NCBI RefSeq assembly: GCF_003334815.1
Contig: NZ_QOWO01000006.1
Strand: one strand, 5' to 3'
Length of the DNA stretch: 64,000 bases
DNA from: Escherichia coli
GTDB taxonomy: Bacteria > Pseudomonadota > Gammaproteobacteria > Enterobacterales > Enterobacteriaceae
Below, piece after piece: positions 14,186-26,230 of the stretch. A program made the translations under genes and the position numbers. The number at the start of each line of letters is the position of its first letter. Position 1 is the first letter of the stretch. A model generated the notes under the pieces. The model was given only the letters and a program-made list of their open reading frames with translations. It made no database searches and was not told the origin of the DNA.

Positions 14186-15247
14186 ATGCTCGAAATGTTG
14201 ATGCAATGGTATCGCCGCCGTTTTAGCGACCCGGAAGCGATTGCCTTGCTGGTTATTTTAGTTGCCGGATTTGGCATTATCTTTTTCTTTAGTGGCCTGC
14301 TTGCTCCGTTGCTGGTGGCTATTGTGCTGGCCTATTTGCTGGAATGGCCAACCGTGCGTCTGCAATCTATTGGCTGCTCCCGCCGCTGGGCGACGTCGAT
14401 TGTATTGGTGGTTTTCGTCGGTATATTGCTACTGATGGCGTTCGTGGTACTGCCTATCGCCTGGCAACAGGGCATCTACTTAATCCGCGATATGCCGGGG
14501 ATGCTCAATAAGCTTTCTGACTTTGCCGCCACGTTGCCGCGCCGCTATCCGGCGTTAATGGACGCGGGCATTATTGATGCAATGGCCGAAAATATGCGCA
14601 GTCGGATGCTGACCATGGGCGATTCGGTGGTGAAAATTTCCCTCGCCTCGCTGGTCGGTTTGCTGACCATAGCCGTCTATCTGGTGCTGGTGCCATTGAT
14701 GGTCTTCTTCCTGCTGAAAGACAAAGAGCAGATGCTGAACGCCGTTCGCCGGGTGCTGCCGCGTAACCGTGGGCTGGCAGGACAGGTGTGGAAGGAGATG
14801 AATCAACAAATCACCAACTATATCCGCGGCAAAGTGCTGGAGATGATCGTGGTGGGGATCGCCACCTGGCTGGGGTTCTTGCTCTTCGGGCTGAACTATT
14901 CGCTGCTGCTGGCAGTGCTGGTCGGCTTCTCGGTTCTTATTCCGTACATTGGCGCATTTGTGGTGACCATTCCGGTGGTTGGCGTGGCGCTATTCCAGTT
15001 TGGCGCAGGTACTGAATTCTGGAGCTGCTTCGCGGTGTATCTGATTATTCAGGCGCTGGACGGCAACCTGTTAGTGCCGGTGTTGTTCTCCGAAGCGGTT
15101 AACCTGCATCCGCTGGTGATTATTTTATCGGTGGTGATCTTCGGTGGTTTGTGGGGATTCTGGGGCGTATTCTTCGCCATTCCGTTGGCGACGCTGATCA
15201 AAGCCGTGATTCATGCCTGGCCCGATGGGCAAATCGCGCAAGAATAA
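14186..15247 (+). CDS. perM: AI-2E/PerM-family inner-membrane permease
   Basis: 353 aa polytopic membrane ORF; recognised as YfgO/PerM. Confidence 0.9.
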   Translation: MLEMLMQWYRRRFSDPEAIALLVILVAGFGIIFFFSGLLAPLLVAIVLAYLLEWPTVRLQSIGCSRRWATSIVLVVFVGILLLMAFVVLPIAWQQGIYLIRDMPGMLNKLSDFAATLPRRYPALMDAGIIDAMAENMRSRMLTMGDSVVKISLASLVGLLTIAVYLVLVPLMVFFLLKDKEQMLNAVRRVLPRNRGLAGQVWKEMNQQITNYIRGKVLEMIVVGIATWLGFLLFGLNYSLLLAVLVGFSVLIPYIGAFVVTIPVVGVALFQFGAGTEFWSCFAVYLIIQALDGNLLVPVLFSEAVNLHPLVIILSVVIFGGLWGFWGVFFAIPLATLIKAVIHAWPDGQIAQE

Positions 15248-15251
15248 TCTT

Positions 15252-15285
15252 CAGCCCGACGAACTGTTTCGCCGGGCTGATTTTT
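15252..15285. terminator. Hairpin terminator between convergent perM and focB
   Basis: CAGCCCG-acgaactgtttcgc-CGGGCTG followed by ATTTTT; the T-tract overlaps the focB stop codon. Confidence 0.55.
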
Positions 15286-16133
15286 CAGGGTTCCTGACGT
15301 AAATAAATAGCCCGATAACACATACTCACCAGCACCGCACCGCCGATAATATTACCCAGCATCACCGGGAGCAGATTGGCGGTAATAAAATGGCTGACCG
15401 TCAGTGCCGGAAAATTGTCTGCGCTACTGTGCGCCAGCTGCCAGAAGGGGGGAGGGGCGAAATGGCGAATGGCAATGGCGAACGGAATCACAAACAAATT
15501 GGCGATACAGTGCTCAAAGCCACTGGCGACAAACAGGGTGATGGGCAAAATCATGGCGACGATTTTGTCGCATAACGAACGCCCGCAATAACTCATCCAC
15601 AGCGCCAGGCAAACCATCAGATTGCACATAATGCCGAGGCTGACAGATTCAGTAAATGTATGATGCATTTTGCCCTCGGCGCAGTGTAAAACCGCGACTC
15701 CCCACATCGCGTTTTCACTCATCACCAGCCCGGAAAACCAGATTAACAAACTGAAACAGGCAATACCTGCCAGATTACCGCAGGCCACCAGAAGTGCGTT
15801 AATCAGCCAAGTTCGCCAACTAATAACGCCCCGACTTTTTGCCATCACCGTCATTACCGACGAGGTGAACAGGCTGGTGCCGCAAACCGCCAGCAAAATA
15901 AAGCCGAGTGTAAAGCAAAGGCCGCCCACCAGATGGGTTAATGCCTGTGAAGACGGGGCATCGGCGATAACGGAAAGGTAAAAAGTAAATCCGATCGCCA
16001 TAAACACGCCAGCGGACATCGCCATTAAAAAGACCGACACTTTACTGCGGGCAATTTTATGGGCGGCAATCCGTTCAGCGATTGCCGCTTTTCTGGCGCT
16101 CAACTGCAAGTCGAAAGAGAGTTTGTTTCTCAT
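15285..16133 (-). CDS. focB: Formate channel FocB (FNT family)
   Basis: 282 aa membrane protein; last gene of the hyf cluster by position. Confidence 0.92.
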   Translation of the reverse strand: MRNKLSFDLQLSARKAAIAERIAAHKIARSKVSVFLMAMSAGVFMAIGFTFYLSVIADAPSSQALTHLVGGLCFTLGFILLAVCGTSLFTSSVMTVMAKSRGVISWRTWLINALLVACGNLAGIACFSLLIWFSGLVMSENAMWGVAVLHCAEGKMHHTFTESVSLGIMCNLMVCLALWMSYCGRSLCDKIVAMILPITLFVASGFEHCIANLFVIPFAIAIRHFAPPPFWQLAHSSADNFPALTVSHFITANLLPVMLGNIIGGAVLVSMCYRAIYLRQEP

Positions 16134-16154
16134 GCATACTCCTGCAAAAGCAGA

Positions 16155-18167
16155 TTACAACACCTCGCGAACCGAGATCCCCAGCCGCTGCATTCGTGAC
16201 AGCAGCGTGGTGCGCTTCATCCCTAATCGCGTCGCTGCGCCACGGGGCCCGGCAACAATGCCATTGGTTTCTCGCAATACCTGAACAATGCGCTGACGTT
16301 CTTCTTCGTCATTCTCTGGCGTCGTCGGGTGCAGTAACTGCGCCATTGAACTGCGAAGCGCTGAATCTTCATTTAGCGTCGGCAGTAAACGGCTTTGTCG
16401 GACATTTAGATGTAAATTCAGACTGTTACCACGAGTCAACAGTACCGCCCGCTCAATCACGTTTTCCAGCTCGCGCACGTTGCCCGGCCAATCCCACGAC
16501 ATCAACTGGCGTAGTGCCTCGGTCGGGATGGCGTCAATTGCGCGATTCATATGGCGCGCCATTTTTTGCGTGAAATGTTTTGCTAAAAGAGGGATATCTT
16601 CCGGACGGTCGCGTAGCGGCGGCAATTCCAGTGGGAAGACATTCAGGCGATAAAAGAGATCGCTGCGAAACTGGCGATCTTCAACCATTTGCCACAAATC
16701 ACGGTTGGTGGCGGCAATGACTCTGACATTCACCGGGATCGTTCTACTCCCGCCGAGACGCTCAATCTCCCGCTCCTGCAATACGCGCAGCAGTTTAGGC
16801 TGAAGTTCTAACGGCAGATCGCCAATTTCATCGAGAAACAACGTGCCGCCATCGGCAATTTCAAAACGACCACGATGGGTATTAATCGCACCAGTAAACG
16901 CCCCTTTGTCATGACCGAATAACTCACTTTCCAGAAGACTGGCGGGGATGGCAGCGCAGTTGATTTTGACCAGCGGCTTGTCGCGTCGCGGGCTAAGTTG
17001 ATGGATCGCTCTGGCGATCACCTCTTTGCCAGTTCCGGTTTCACCACAAATCAACACCGTACTGTCGCTCTTCGCCACAATATCTACCTGCTGGAGCAGG
17101 TCTTCCATTGCCTGGCTTTGATAGATAATGTCACCGATGCCCAGATTCGAAAGGAGCTGCTCGCTAAGCTGGTGGTTTTCTTGCTGCAAACTTTCCTGCA
17201 AATCGGTCATGCTACGCCAGGCATCGGCATTGCCAACGGCAATAGCGATGCGATCGGCTATGTGTTGTAGTAGCTGGCAGTTTTCCTCACTAAAGAGAGT
17301 GGAAGAGGTATGCGCCAGCAACAATGCACCCGGTGTATGGTTGCCAAAGGTAAGCGGTATAAGGAGCGCAGATTCGCAGCCGTTAGATGCAAGTAAGAGT
17401 AATAACGGGTCGCGTTGCCAGAGAAACAGATCATCTGCACGGTGCGTCAAGGTCGGTTGTCGGGTTTGTAGCGTTTGTGTCAGCAATACACTTTCGCCAG
17501 GCATACAGCGTGGCAGACACGCACAATGTGAGGCAGAAAGATCGCTGCACCACAGGCTGAACTTCTCGTTCTTTCGATGATCGCCCAGTACCATACTGAC
17601 TGAAGCCAGACCGAAAAAATGATGGATCTCACGAGCGACGTCAGCGATCAGATCGTCGAGATCAAGATGTGACAGCACTGCATTAGTAATATCAACCAGT
17701 ACCCGATGATGATCGCGATCTTTCTCCAGCAAACGCAGCGCCACCTGCTGTTCTTCATCATTGAGCCATGATTGCAGAACCGGGGTGATTATCCGCGCCA
17801 GCCAGTTAAACAGTGTGCAATCCTGGGAAGTAAAACGACTGCCGTGGGTGCGAATAAAGCGTAGCTCCGCCATTCCACTACTGCCGAGAAGGACGGCGTG
17901 ACGCGAATAATCGACCATCTCGCCCTGATACTCTGTTGTTGCCGTCACATCGCTGCCATCATCATGGTAGCGGTAATAGAAGTTGCTTTTGAGAACATGC
18001 AGTTCAATAAGTTGTACCGGGCTGAACGGCGGCGGCAGCGGGATGAAGGCGCGTAATAAAGACGCCTTGCCGTGTTTCTGTGCTAACCGCTCCGCGAGCA
18101 TTCCGTTTACCGCTTCAATTGTTATTCCTTGTGGCGGGGCAAACATCGCCTCGTCTGACATAGCCAT
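16155..18167 (-). CDS. hyfR: Sigma54-dependent transcriptional activator HyfR (FhlA-like)
   Basis: 670 aa from ATG 18167; AAA+ sigma54-interaction domain (GETGTGKE Walker A, GAFTGA motif), C-terminal HTH. Confidence 0.92.
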   Translation of the reverse strand: MAMSDEAMFAPPQGITIEAVNGMLAERLAQKHGKASLLRAFIPLPPPFSPVQLIELHVLKSNFYYRYHDDGSDVTATTEYQGEMVDYSRHAVLLGSSGMAELRFIRTHGSRFTSQDCTLFNWLARIITPVLQSWLNDEEQQVALRLLEKDRDHHRVLVDITNAVLSHLDLDDLIADVAREIHHFFGLASVSMVLGDHRKNEKFSLWCSDLSASHCACLPRCMPGESVLLTQTLQTRQPTLTHRADDLFLWQRDPLLLLLASNGCESALLIPLTFGNHTPGALLLAHTSSTLFSEENCQLLQHIADRIAIAVGNADAWRSMTDLQESLQQENHQLSEQLLSNLGIGDIIYQSQAMEDLLQQVDIVAKSDSTVLICGETGTGKEVIARAIHQLSPRRDKPLVKINCAAIPASLLESELFGHDKGAFTGAINTHRGRFEIADGGTLFLDEIGDLPLELQPKLLRVLQEREIERLGGSRTIPVNVRVIAATNRDLWQMVEDRQFRSDLFYRLNVFPLELPPLRDRPEDIPLLAKHFTQKMARHMNRAIDAIPTEALRQLMSWDWPGNVRELENVIERAVLLTRGNSLNLHLNVRQSRLLPTLNEDSALRSSMAQLLHPTTPENDEEERQRIVQVLRETNGIVAGPRGAATRLGMKRTTLLSRMQRLGISVREVL

Positions 18168-18196
18168 CAACAGTCCTTATTAATGAGAAATCCTTC

Positions 18197-18610
18197 TCAC
18201 GCAATTTTTCTGGCCATCAGATAGATGGCCGGTTCCTGCACAATTTCATCCAACAGATGAATGAATTGAATGCTACGCGCCTGCCACACAGACGTCGCGT
18301 CATCCGCCAGTGGCGCGAATGCCCGGGTCAACAGGGCGGTGTGGCTGGCGTCAATAACAATCTCACCAAAAGTCATCACCCCCAGCATCTTACGTCGGGC
18401 TTGCTCCTCTTCGACCAGTGCAAGCCAATCTTCGTATTCCGTCAGTGGGCAGCGGAAGGCGACATTCAGACAATCAATCACGCCAACGTGATGGCCGATA
18501 GCTAGCGAGTAATACATTACCTGAGAGCTGTGTTCCGGCATCTCGTCGCTACTGGCGACAAACTTTTTTCGCAGCGTCCAGAAAACAATTTCCCCGCACA
18601 CTTCAGTCAT
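18197..18610 (-). CDS. hyfJ: Hydrogenase-4 maturation/assembly factor HyfJ (HycH-like)
   Basis: Track ORF 18197..18673; start taken at internal ATG ([17 protein letters not shown]...) giving 137 aa; overlaps hyfI stop by 8 nt. Confidence 0.85.
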
Positions 18611-19361
18611 GTAACCCCCGGAGTACGCGAAAGAGTTGCTGAACGATACTATTGAGACGTGGATCGTCGGCATCGCGCAACCAGGTGTTAACCCGATTTC
18701 CTGTAGGATCGTCGCTTAAATGGCGCAGGAGCCGATCGCAAATTTCTCGCCCCTGACGATAGCCCGCCAGCCGCCGCGCTTCTCGCTCAATGGCGATACG
18801 CTGTGATGGCGGGATCTGCGGCCACAACGGTTGCATAGTCACCCCGGTGGGATCGCGATAATCCACAGCGTGAATCTTCTGTTGCAGCAAACCGAGCGCC
18901 ACGGCGAAACCGTGAATGGTGGCGGCCGGTGTTGGCGGGCAGCCGGGGATCCAAACATCAATGGGGACAATGGTGTCGCTACCGCCCCAGACGCTGTAGA
19001 GATCGTGGAAAATACCGCCGCCGACACCGCACGCGCCGTAGGAAACACAAATTTTATGATCGGGGGCAGACTCATACGCCCGAAGTGCAGGCATACGCAT
19101 CGCCCGGGTGACTGCGCCAGTAAATAACAAAATATCGGCGTGACGCGGTGATGAAACAACCTTAATGCCAAAACGTTCTGCGTCGAATACTGGTGTAATG
19201 GCAGCAAAAATTTCGATTTCACAGGCGTTGCAGCCGCCGCAATCGACGCGATAAACGTAAGCCGAGCGACGGATATCCTGTAGCAAATGCCGCTTCATCT
19301 TTTGCGTTTGCTCGTCCAGCGTGATGGGCTGGCTGACATGTTGTGTAAGCACTGGACTCAT
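18603..19361 (-). CDS. hyfI: Hydrogenase-4 small subunit HyfI (NuoB-like)
   Basis: 252 aa; NuoB-type Fe-S cysteine pattern ([10 protein letters not shown] ... GCPP). Confidence 0.93.
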
Positions 19362-19903
19362 AGCTGCTCCTTAGCCACCAGCAGTACATCTGTATCGTCG
19401 TTGATCAGCGTCGCGCGTTGTTTGCATTCCGGGCAGACGCTCGCTTGCGCCCACAACATTTCGCGGTTTTGTGGCGCATTTTGTTGCTGTGCTAACAATT
19501 CAGCAGCCAGTGCGATGGTTTTTTGCGGGGCAAACGGGCGTTCGCAACGGCTGCAACGTTGTAGATGGAACGTCGCGCGGGTATAGAGATCGGCTTTATT
19601 GGTGACGGTCAGTTCAAAGTTATTGGTAAGCTGGATGGCTCTGGTCGGGCACACTTCTTCACAACGTCCGCAGTAAATACAACGCCCCAGATAGAGCTGC
19701 CAGGTGCGCGAATTTTGCTGGTCGTCGGTCTGGATAGTCAGCGCATTTGCCGGACAAGCACAGGCGCAGGCACCGCAGGCAATACATTGGCTGGGCATCA
19801 GGTCCGGTTTTCCGCGAAAGCCAGGGCTGACCTCCAGTGGCGCGAAGGGATATTTCACCGTCGCGGTTCCGGCGCGCATAATAGTTTTCAGTAACTTCAG
19901 CAT
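19358..19903 (-). CDS. hyfH: Hydrogenase-4 ferredoxin-type subunit HyfH (2x[4Fe-4S])
   Basis: 181 aa; two CxxCxxCxxxCP ferredoxin motifs ([24 protein letters not shown]). Confidence 0.93.
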
Positions 19904-19912
19904 CTTCTGTCC

Positions 19913-21580
19913 TTACTTCAGCGGCGAACGGTTACGATCAATGCCGTAGCGTTCGATCTCTTTATACGGCACGGTTTTTGACTGGCGCTTGCGCACATCT
20001 ACCAGCGTCACACGGTCGGCACAGGAGTAGCAGGGATCAAGGCTACCGATAATCAGCGGTGCGTCAGAAACGGTATTGCCGCGCAGCATGTAACGCAACA
20101 CCGGCCAGTTGGCGTAGGTGGCGGCACGGCAGCGCCAGCGGAACAATTTTTGGTTATCACCGAGCATGCTCCAGTGCACGTCTTCACCGCGTGGCGCTTC
20201 AACAAAGCCCAGCGCGAATGCGTGAGGTTTATAGCTAAAGCCTTCGGTCAGCAGTGGGGTATCCGGCATGTTGTCGAGGGCAAATTCCAGCATTGCCAGC
20301 GAATCAAACGTCTCTTTGACACGGACCATCACGCGGGAGAAAACATCGCCGCCGGTAAAGGTAAACAGTGTTTTTGGAATATTGCCGTAGTCGGCGTAGG
20401 GGTGATCAAAGCGCAAATCACGGGCGATTTGTCGGTCGAGAATGCCAATGCCCTGAGTGCGTTGTTCCATATTCGGCGTAGCAAGCAGCATCTCTACCAG
20501 CTCCGACACGTCGGCGCGCATCTCGCGCACCAGTTTCAGCGTTTGCAGACGTTGCTCTTTGAGAATATCGCGGCGAACACCACCAATCAGATTCAGACCG
20601 TAGGTTTTACGCGACCCGATCAGCAATTCCGCCATCGTCATCGACTTTTCCCGCACGCGGAAAAATTGCATAAAGCCGGTATCAAAACCAACGAAATGGC
20701 AGGAGAGGCCAAGGTTAAGCAAATGACTGTGTAGCCGTTCGACTTCCAGCAGAATCGAGCGAATAGTATGTGCTCGTTGCGGCACCTCAATCCCCAGTGC
20801 ATTTTCAACCGAATTGGTATAGGCCACACTGTGGGCAAAACCGCAAATCCCACACACGCGGTCCGATAAGAAGGTCACTTCGTTGTAGCCCATCCGCGTT
20901 TCTGCCAGTTTCTCCATGCCGCGATGGACATAAAACAGGCGGTAATCAGCATCGACAATTTGCTCGCCATCCACAAACAAGCGGAAGTGACCCGGTTCAT
21001 CGGAGGTGATATGCAGCGGGCCGACAGGGATCACCCGCGCATCGCTGTTGCCCTCATTGATAAACGGATACGTTTCGGAATCAGTCGTCGGTTCAGGGCG
21101 CAGTCGATAATCCATCGCATCTTTGCGCAGCGGATGCATATCTTCCGGCCAGTCATCGGGCAACACCAGGCGACGCTGATCCGGCAGGCCAACCGGAATC
21201 AGCCCGTACATATCGCGAATTTCTCGCTCGCCCCAGACCGCGGCAGGGACGCGCGGTGTGACTGACGGAAACTCCCGACTGTCGGCATCGACCAGCGCCT
21301 TCACCACAATCCAGCATTTTTCGGCCCCTTCCATTGAAAGGGCATAATAAACCGCGTAATGACCGTTAAGTGTCCGCTCGTCGTTGCCAAACAGGACCGG
21401 AAGCCAGCCATCATGTTGATAATAAAGATACTGTACAACGTCAGGCAGCAGATTGATTTTCACCGTAATGGTGACCTGTTCAGGCGTTTGTCGCTCTTCA
21501 TCCAGCACCGCGCCGGGGAACTGCGTTTTCAGGGCGGCGAGAATCGCTTCGCCACGATTTGACGATGAATTAACGTTCAC
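19913..21580 (-). CDS. hyfG: Hydrogenase-4 [NiFe] large subunit HyfG
   Basis: Track ORF 19913..21625; start assigned to GTG at 21580-21578 giving (M)[17 protein letters not shown]..., 555 aa; [11 protein letters not shown] Ni-binding N-terminal motif and C-terminal DPCYSC. Confidence 0.92.
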
Positions 21581-23150
21581 TGTGTTTCTCCGAAACAGAT
21601 GCGGTGCCTGAAGGCAAAAAATCATGCCAGGTGCTACGTTGTGCAGGCAGATCGTGCGTCCCTGAGAGGACTATAGTGGAAGCGCCCGCCAGGATCCTGA
21701 TGACAGGTTGTGGAATATGCGTTCCCATCGCCAGCATCATGACCAGCAGAATCACCATTGGCGAGGTGGTCAACCAGCCGAGATCACCCCGGTTAACGGC
21801 CTGCGGCGGTTTCGCCATTAACACCCGCGCAGCCATCCGTACCAGGCCCGCCAGCACCAGCGTTAACAGCAATAACAGCAGGACGATAATCAGCAGGTGA
21901 TTACGTGCCAGTCCGGCGGTAATGGTCATAAATTCGCTAAGAAAAATGTTGAAGGGCGGCATCCCTGCCAGCGCCAGCGCACCGCCGCCAAACAGCACGG
22001 CGGTAAATGGCATGATTTTGAGCATCCCACAGACGACGTTGAGATCGCGCGTGCCGTACTTGAGCAGTACATTGCCGGAACCGCAGAACAGCAGCGTTTT
22101 TGCCAGACTGTGGTTTAAGATGTGCAGCAGCGCGGCAAAAATTCCCAGCGGCCCGCCAATGCCTAGCTCCACCGCGACCAGCCCCATGTTCTCCACGCTG
22201 GAGTACGCCAGCAGACGCTTAATGTCCCGCTGTACCAGAATGAAAAATGCCGCCACGGCAACCGACAACATGCCGAAGATGAGCAACAACCGGTTGGGGA
22301 AATCGCTGCCGATGGCTTGGCAAATAATGATGTAATAGCGAATCAGCACCAACAGCGCGCAGTTCAGCAATACGGCGGAGAGCAGGGCGCTGACCGGACT
22401 CGGCGCTTCACTGTGAGCATCCGGCAGCCAGGCGTGCATGGGAAATAGCCCGGTTTTGGTACCAAAGCCAATTAGCAAAAACACAAAGGCCAACAGCATT
22501 AATGTTGGGTCAAGCAAGGACGATTGCTTAAGAACCTCGCTCCAGAATATCGCCATTTCTGCCTGCGGCATAACGCTGGCGGCGTTGGCGTATACCAGCA
22601 CGGTACCGAACAGACCAAAAGCGACACCAACAGTACAAATAATGATGTACTTCCATGCAGCTTCCAGCGATGAACGCTGACCGTAAATGCCTACCAGAAA
22701 CGCCGAGCTTAAGGTGGTGGCTTCGATCGCCGCCCACATCACAATCAGGTTATTGCTGGTAACAACCAGCAGCATGGTGAACAAAAACAGATGGAAGAAA
22801 CCGTAGTAATCGCACAGCGTAACGGGTGAAAGCTCGCCGTGTGCCACTTCATGACGCATGTAGCCAATCGAGTAAATACCGGTGAGAAAGCCAATCACAC
22901 CAAGAATGGCGAGGAACAAACCGCCCAGACCATCAATATGAAGCCACAGTCCCGCAGCGAATATTTCTCCTGCATCAGCGGCAGTTTGGACCACCCAGAG
23001 TGCCAGAATCAGCAGCAGTGTGATCCCTAAGCTATGTAATACGGTCACCGTGCGAGTCGCAGAAAGTCTCCGTTTCCGGCAGGCAAAACAGAGCAGCGAA
23101 AAAAGCAGCGGCGTGAGCAGGAGTAAAGCGAACATCACAGAATAACTCAT
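21570..23150 (-). CDS. hyfF: Hydrogenase-4 membrane subunit HyfF (NuoL/M/N antiporter-like)
   Basis: 526 aa polytopic membrane ORF. Confidence 0.93.
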
Positions 23151-23154
23151 CTCA

Positions 23155-23805
23155 TTATCCCTTCAGCGCGGTCAAGTTGTTCACGTCCAGCGTGCCGTGG
23201 GTACGCCATATTTTTCTTGCCAGTAACACCATCACAATGACGGCGAAGATGGCGTCGGTAGCGATACCTATTTCCACCAGTTCCGGTGCTCGCCAGGCAA
23301 GAAGCGCCAGCACCAGATGGGAGCCGTTTTCCATCAGGCAGTAACCAAAAATTTGCCGCAGGATATTGCGCTGGCTGACAATGCACAGCAGGCCAAGCAG
23401 AAAATGACCTAACGCTACCGCCAGCGCCGGTTTCAGCCCGGTAGCCATCGGTAGCTTCACGGGCTGAACGACAAATGCGCAAAGCAGGACAATTAACGCC
23501 GCGAGCAGTGCCATCATTGCCGGACCGAATAACGCTTTTTCCGGGATGTTCTGGGGAATATTTCGTGCAGCGTAAGTCATGATTAACGGTACCAGCAGCA
23601 CTTTGGTGATAAAGGCGCTGGCGGACCAGATCAGCAGTTGCTCTGCGGCGAACAGGCACGAGAGAGTGGCGAAAATAGACACCAGCACCAGTGACTGGCA
23701 GGCGTAAAATCCGCATGACAGGCGATAGCTTTTGACGCTAATCACAAACAGCGATGTCAGCATCATCAGTCCCGCCAGATTATTTACGATCATAGAACCG
23801 GTCAT
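23155..23805 (-). CDS. hyfE: Hydrogenase-4 membrane subunit HyfE
   Basis: 216 aa hydrophobic ORF. Confidence 0.92.
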
Positions 23806-23816
23806 TCATCATCTCC

Positions 23817-25256
23817 TTACTGCAACCAGGTCGCGGCGATTACGCTGGAAATCAGCGACATCACAATCAGTACAATCAACACCAGGCGCATTGATCCTGG
23901 CAGCGGTGCGGCATCGGCGACGGCCTCGCTCGGTTTGCCAGGCACAACGCGACCAAACCAGCGAATAAACCAGGCGAAACTGGCGACCGATTCAATCATC
24001 AGAAGAATCATGGCGGGCAGCAGGATCCAGTACTCCACTGACAACGCAAAACCGGCAGCAAACAGCGGGAATTTACTGAAGAAGCCGTTGAACGGCGGCA
24101 CGCCGGTAATCGCCAGCGCTGCCACGCAGAAACCCACGCCTGGCAACGGCAGGGTGTGCAATACGCCACGCAGACGCGGCAACAAGCGCGTGCCGCAGCT
24201 GTAACTCAGCGCACCTGCTACAAGGAAAAACAGGCTTTTAGCGAACGCGTGGTTGACGATGTAGGCGATGCTGCCCTCCAGCGCCAGCCGCGAGCCGAAG
24301 ATGGAGAGCGACAAGCCGAAGAACATCCAGCCAAGTTGAGTGATGGTCGACCAGGCTAGCAACCGCTTCATATCCTGCTGTGGCAAATACATCAGAAAGC
24401 CATAAAGAATGGTGACCAGTGCCATGACCATGCCAACGCCGCCAATCACATGCGGGATATTGCCGCCGTCGATAATAGCGCGGGCAAAAATGTAAACGCC
24501 CACTTTCACCATCGATGCGGCGTGGAGATAGGCGCTGATCGGTGTTGGCGCTTCCATTGCGTCCGGTAGCCACGCTTGCATCGGTAGCTGGGCCGATTTC
24601 CCCCACGCGGCAAACAGGATGCCGCCATAAACCAGATAACGTGCGTCGCCGTGTAACTCGCTCATCGCGCTAAGCGCAAACGTTCCGGTCTGCAAAAACA
24701 GCGTGGCGGCGGCAAGATACAACCCCAACGAGCCGATATGAGTGATAAGTAACGCTTTTAGTGCTGAACGCTGCGCTTTATCGCTCTGGTAATAACTGAT
24801 CAACGCCCAGGAGCAGCCGCCTGTAATTTCAAAAAACAACAACTGACCGAGCAGCGTCGAGGAGAGTACCAGTCCCGCCATCGCGCCGATAAACACCAGT
24901 AAAAATGCGTAATAACGATTCGTGCCGTTATGCGGGTGTTCGCGATTTTTATCCGTCAGATAACCCGTGGAGTAGATCGTGACCAGCAAACCGAGAAACA
25001 CCACCACAAACAGAATCAGCGTACTCACGCGATCAATGACCAGGCCAAACAACGCCACATCCCCCACGTTGACCAACGTCAACGTGACGGCAACTTTATC
25101 GGCCTGATAAAACGCGGAGATCAGTGACAACATGCACAGCGTGGTCAGCGCGGCGAACAAAACCCCCCATTCGGCGGCCCGACGTTGTGGCGAAAACGAA
25201 ACGACCAGTGCGCCGATAAAAGGCAGCAATAACGTCGTCAGAGCAAGATTTTCCAT
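23817..25256 (-). CDS. hyfD: Hydrogenase-4 membrane subunit HyfD (NuoL/M/N antiporter-like)
   Basis: 479 aa polytopic membrane ORF. Confidence 0.93.
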   Translation of the reverse strand: MENLALTTLLLPFIGALVVSFSPQRRAAEWGVLFAALTTLCMLSLISAFYQADKVAVTLTLVNVGDVALFGLVIDRVSTLILFVVVFLGLLVTIYSTGYLTDKNREHPHNGTNRYYAFLLVFIGAMAGLVLSSTLLGQLLFFEITGGCSWALISYYQSDKAQRSALKALLITHIGSLGLYLAAATLFLQTGTFALSAMSELHGDARYLVYGGILFAAWGKSAQLPMQAWLPDAMEAPTPISAYLHAASMVKVGVYIFARAIIDGGNIPHVIGGVGMVMALVTILYGFLMYLPQQDMKRLLAWSTITQLGWMFFGLSLSIFGSRLALEGSIAYIVNHAFAKSLFFLVAGALSYSCGTRLLPRLRGVLHTLPLPGVGFCVAALAITGVPPFNGFFSKFPLFAAGFALSVEYWILLPAMILLMIESVASFAWFIRWFGRVVPGKPSEAVADAAPLPGSMRLVLIVLIVMSLISSVIAATWLQ

Positions 25257-25272
25257 ATTCCGTCAGTGCTCC

Positions 25273-26220
25273 TTACAGACCGGTTAACCAGAAGACCCAT
25301 GCAAGCGCAGCAAGGCTGAAGCCAAGCCAGGTCACATGGTGAATGAGTAAAAAACGCCCGCGTGCCAGCGTGTTTTCTGCGATTGAGGCCAGTACAAAAA
25401 TCAGCAAAACCTTGAGCAGCGTAACGACAAGTGAAGTCAGCAGGCAGGCGAGAGAAAGTTCTTGCGCGCGCCCAAAGGGCAGAAACAGGGCCACAAACAG
25501 TGATGCCATCACGACCTGTTTCAGCCCCAGCCCCCATTTCGCTAGCGCCAGCCCGGCACCGGAATATTCGGTCAGCGGGCCTTCCTGTAATTCCTGTTCT
25601 GCTTCAGCAACATCAAAGGGAATTTTTCCCATCTCAATGAAGCAGGCAAAACCACAGGCCAGTAACGCCAGTACGGTGGTTAGCGGCGAGTTCCAGCCCA
25701 TCGCCAGCGTATTGCTGATCATCTCGATATGCGTGGAACCTGCTATCAGCGCCAATACCAGCAGTGAGAGAATAAGCATTGGTTCGACCAGAATGCCGAG
25801 CGTCAACTCGCGACTGGCACCGACTCCCGCAAACGGACTTCCGGTATCCAGCCCGGAAAGAGCAAAGAAAAAACGAAACAGGGCAAGAAGATAGATAAGG
25901 GTGATCAGATCGCCGCCGCCCGCAAAAGGGGAAACGGTAATAAACAGTGGTAAGGCCATCGCCAGCACCAGCATGCTGCTGATTAATACCCACGGCATCA
26001 GGCGGAACATCAGACCTGAAGATGTCGGCGCAACTTCCTGGCGTTTAAACAGTTTGTGGATATCGCGATAATCCTGCCAGATCCCCGGCCCGCGGCGGGA
26101 GTGCATACGCGCGCGTATCTGCCGGGAAATACCCGTAAAAAGTGGGGTTAGCATCAGCAGAATCACGGCCTGTGCTAACGCAAAAATGACCAGATATCCG
26201 TCGCAAAGAGTTTGTCTCAT
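25273..26220 (-). CDS. hyfC: Hydrogenase-4 membrane subunit HyfC (NuoH-like)
   Basis: Track ORF 25273..26241; start taken at ATG 26220 (MRQTLCDGYLVIFALAQ...) giving 315 aa. Confidence 0.9.
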   Translation of the reverse strand: MRQTLCDGYLVIFALAQAVILLMLTPLFTGISRQIRARMHSRRGPGIWQDYRDIHKLFKRQEVAPTSSGLMFRLMPWVLISSMLVLAMALPLFITVSPFAGGGDLITLIYLLALFRFFFALSGLDTGSPFAGVGASRELTLGILVEPMLILSLLVLALIAGSTHIEMISNTLAMGWNSPLTTVLALLACGFACFIEMGKIPFDVAEAEQELQEGPLTEYSGAGLALAKWGLGLKQVVMASLFVALFLPFGRAQELSLACLLTSLVVTLLKVLLIFVLASIAENTLARGRFLLIHHVTWLGFSLAALAWVFWLTGL

Positions 26221-26230
26221 GGTGATTTCC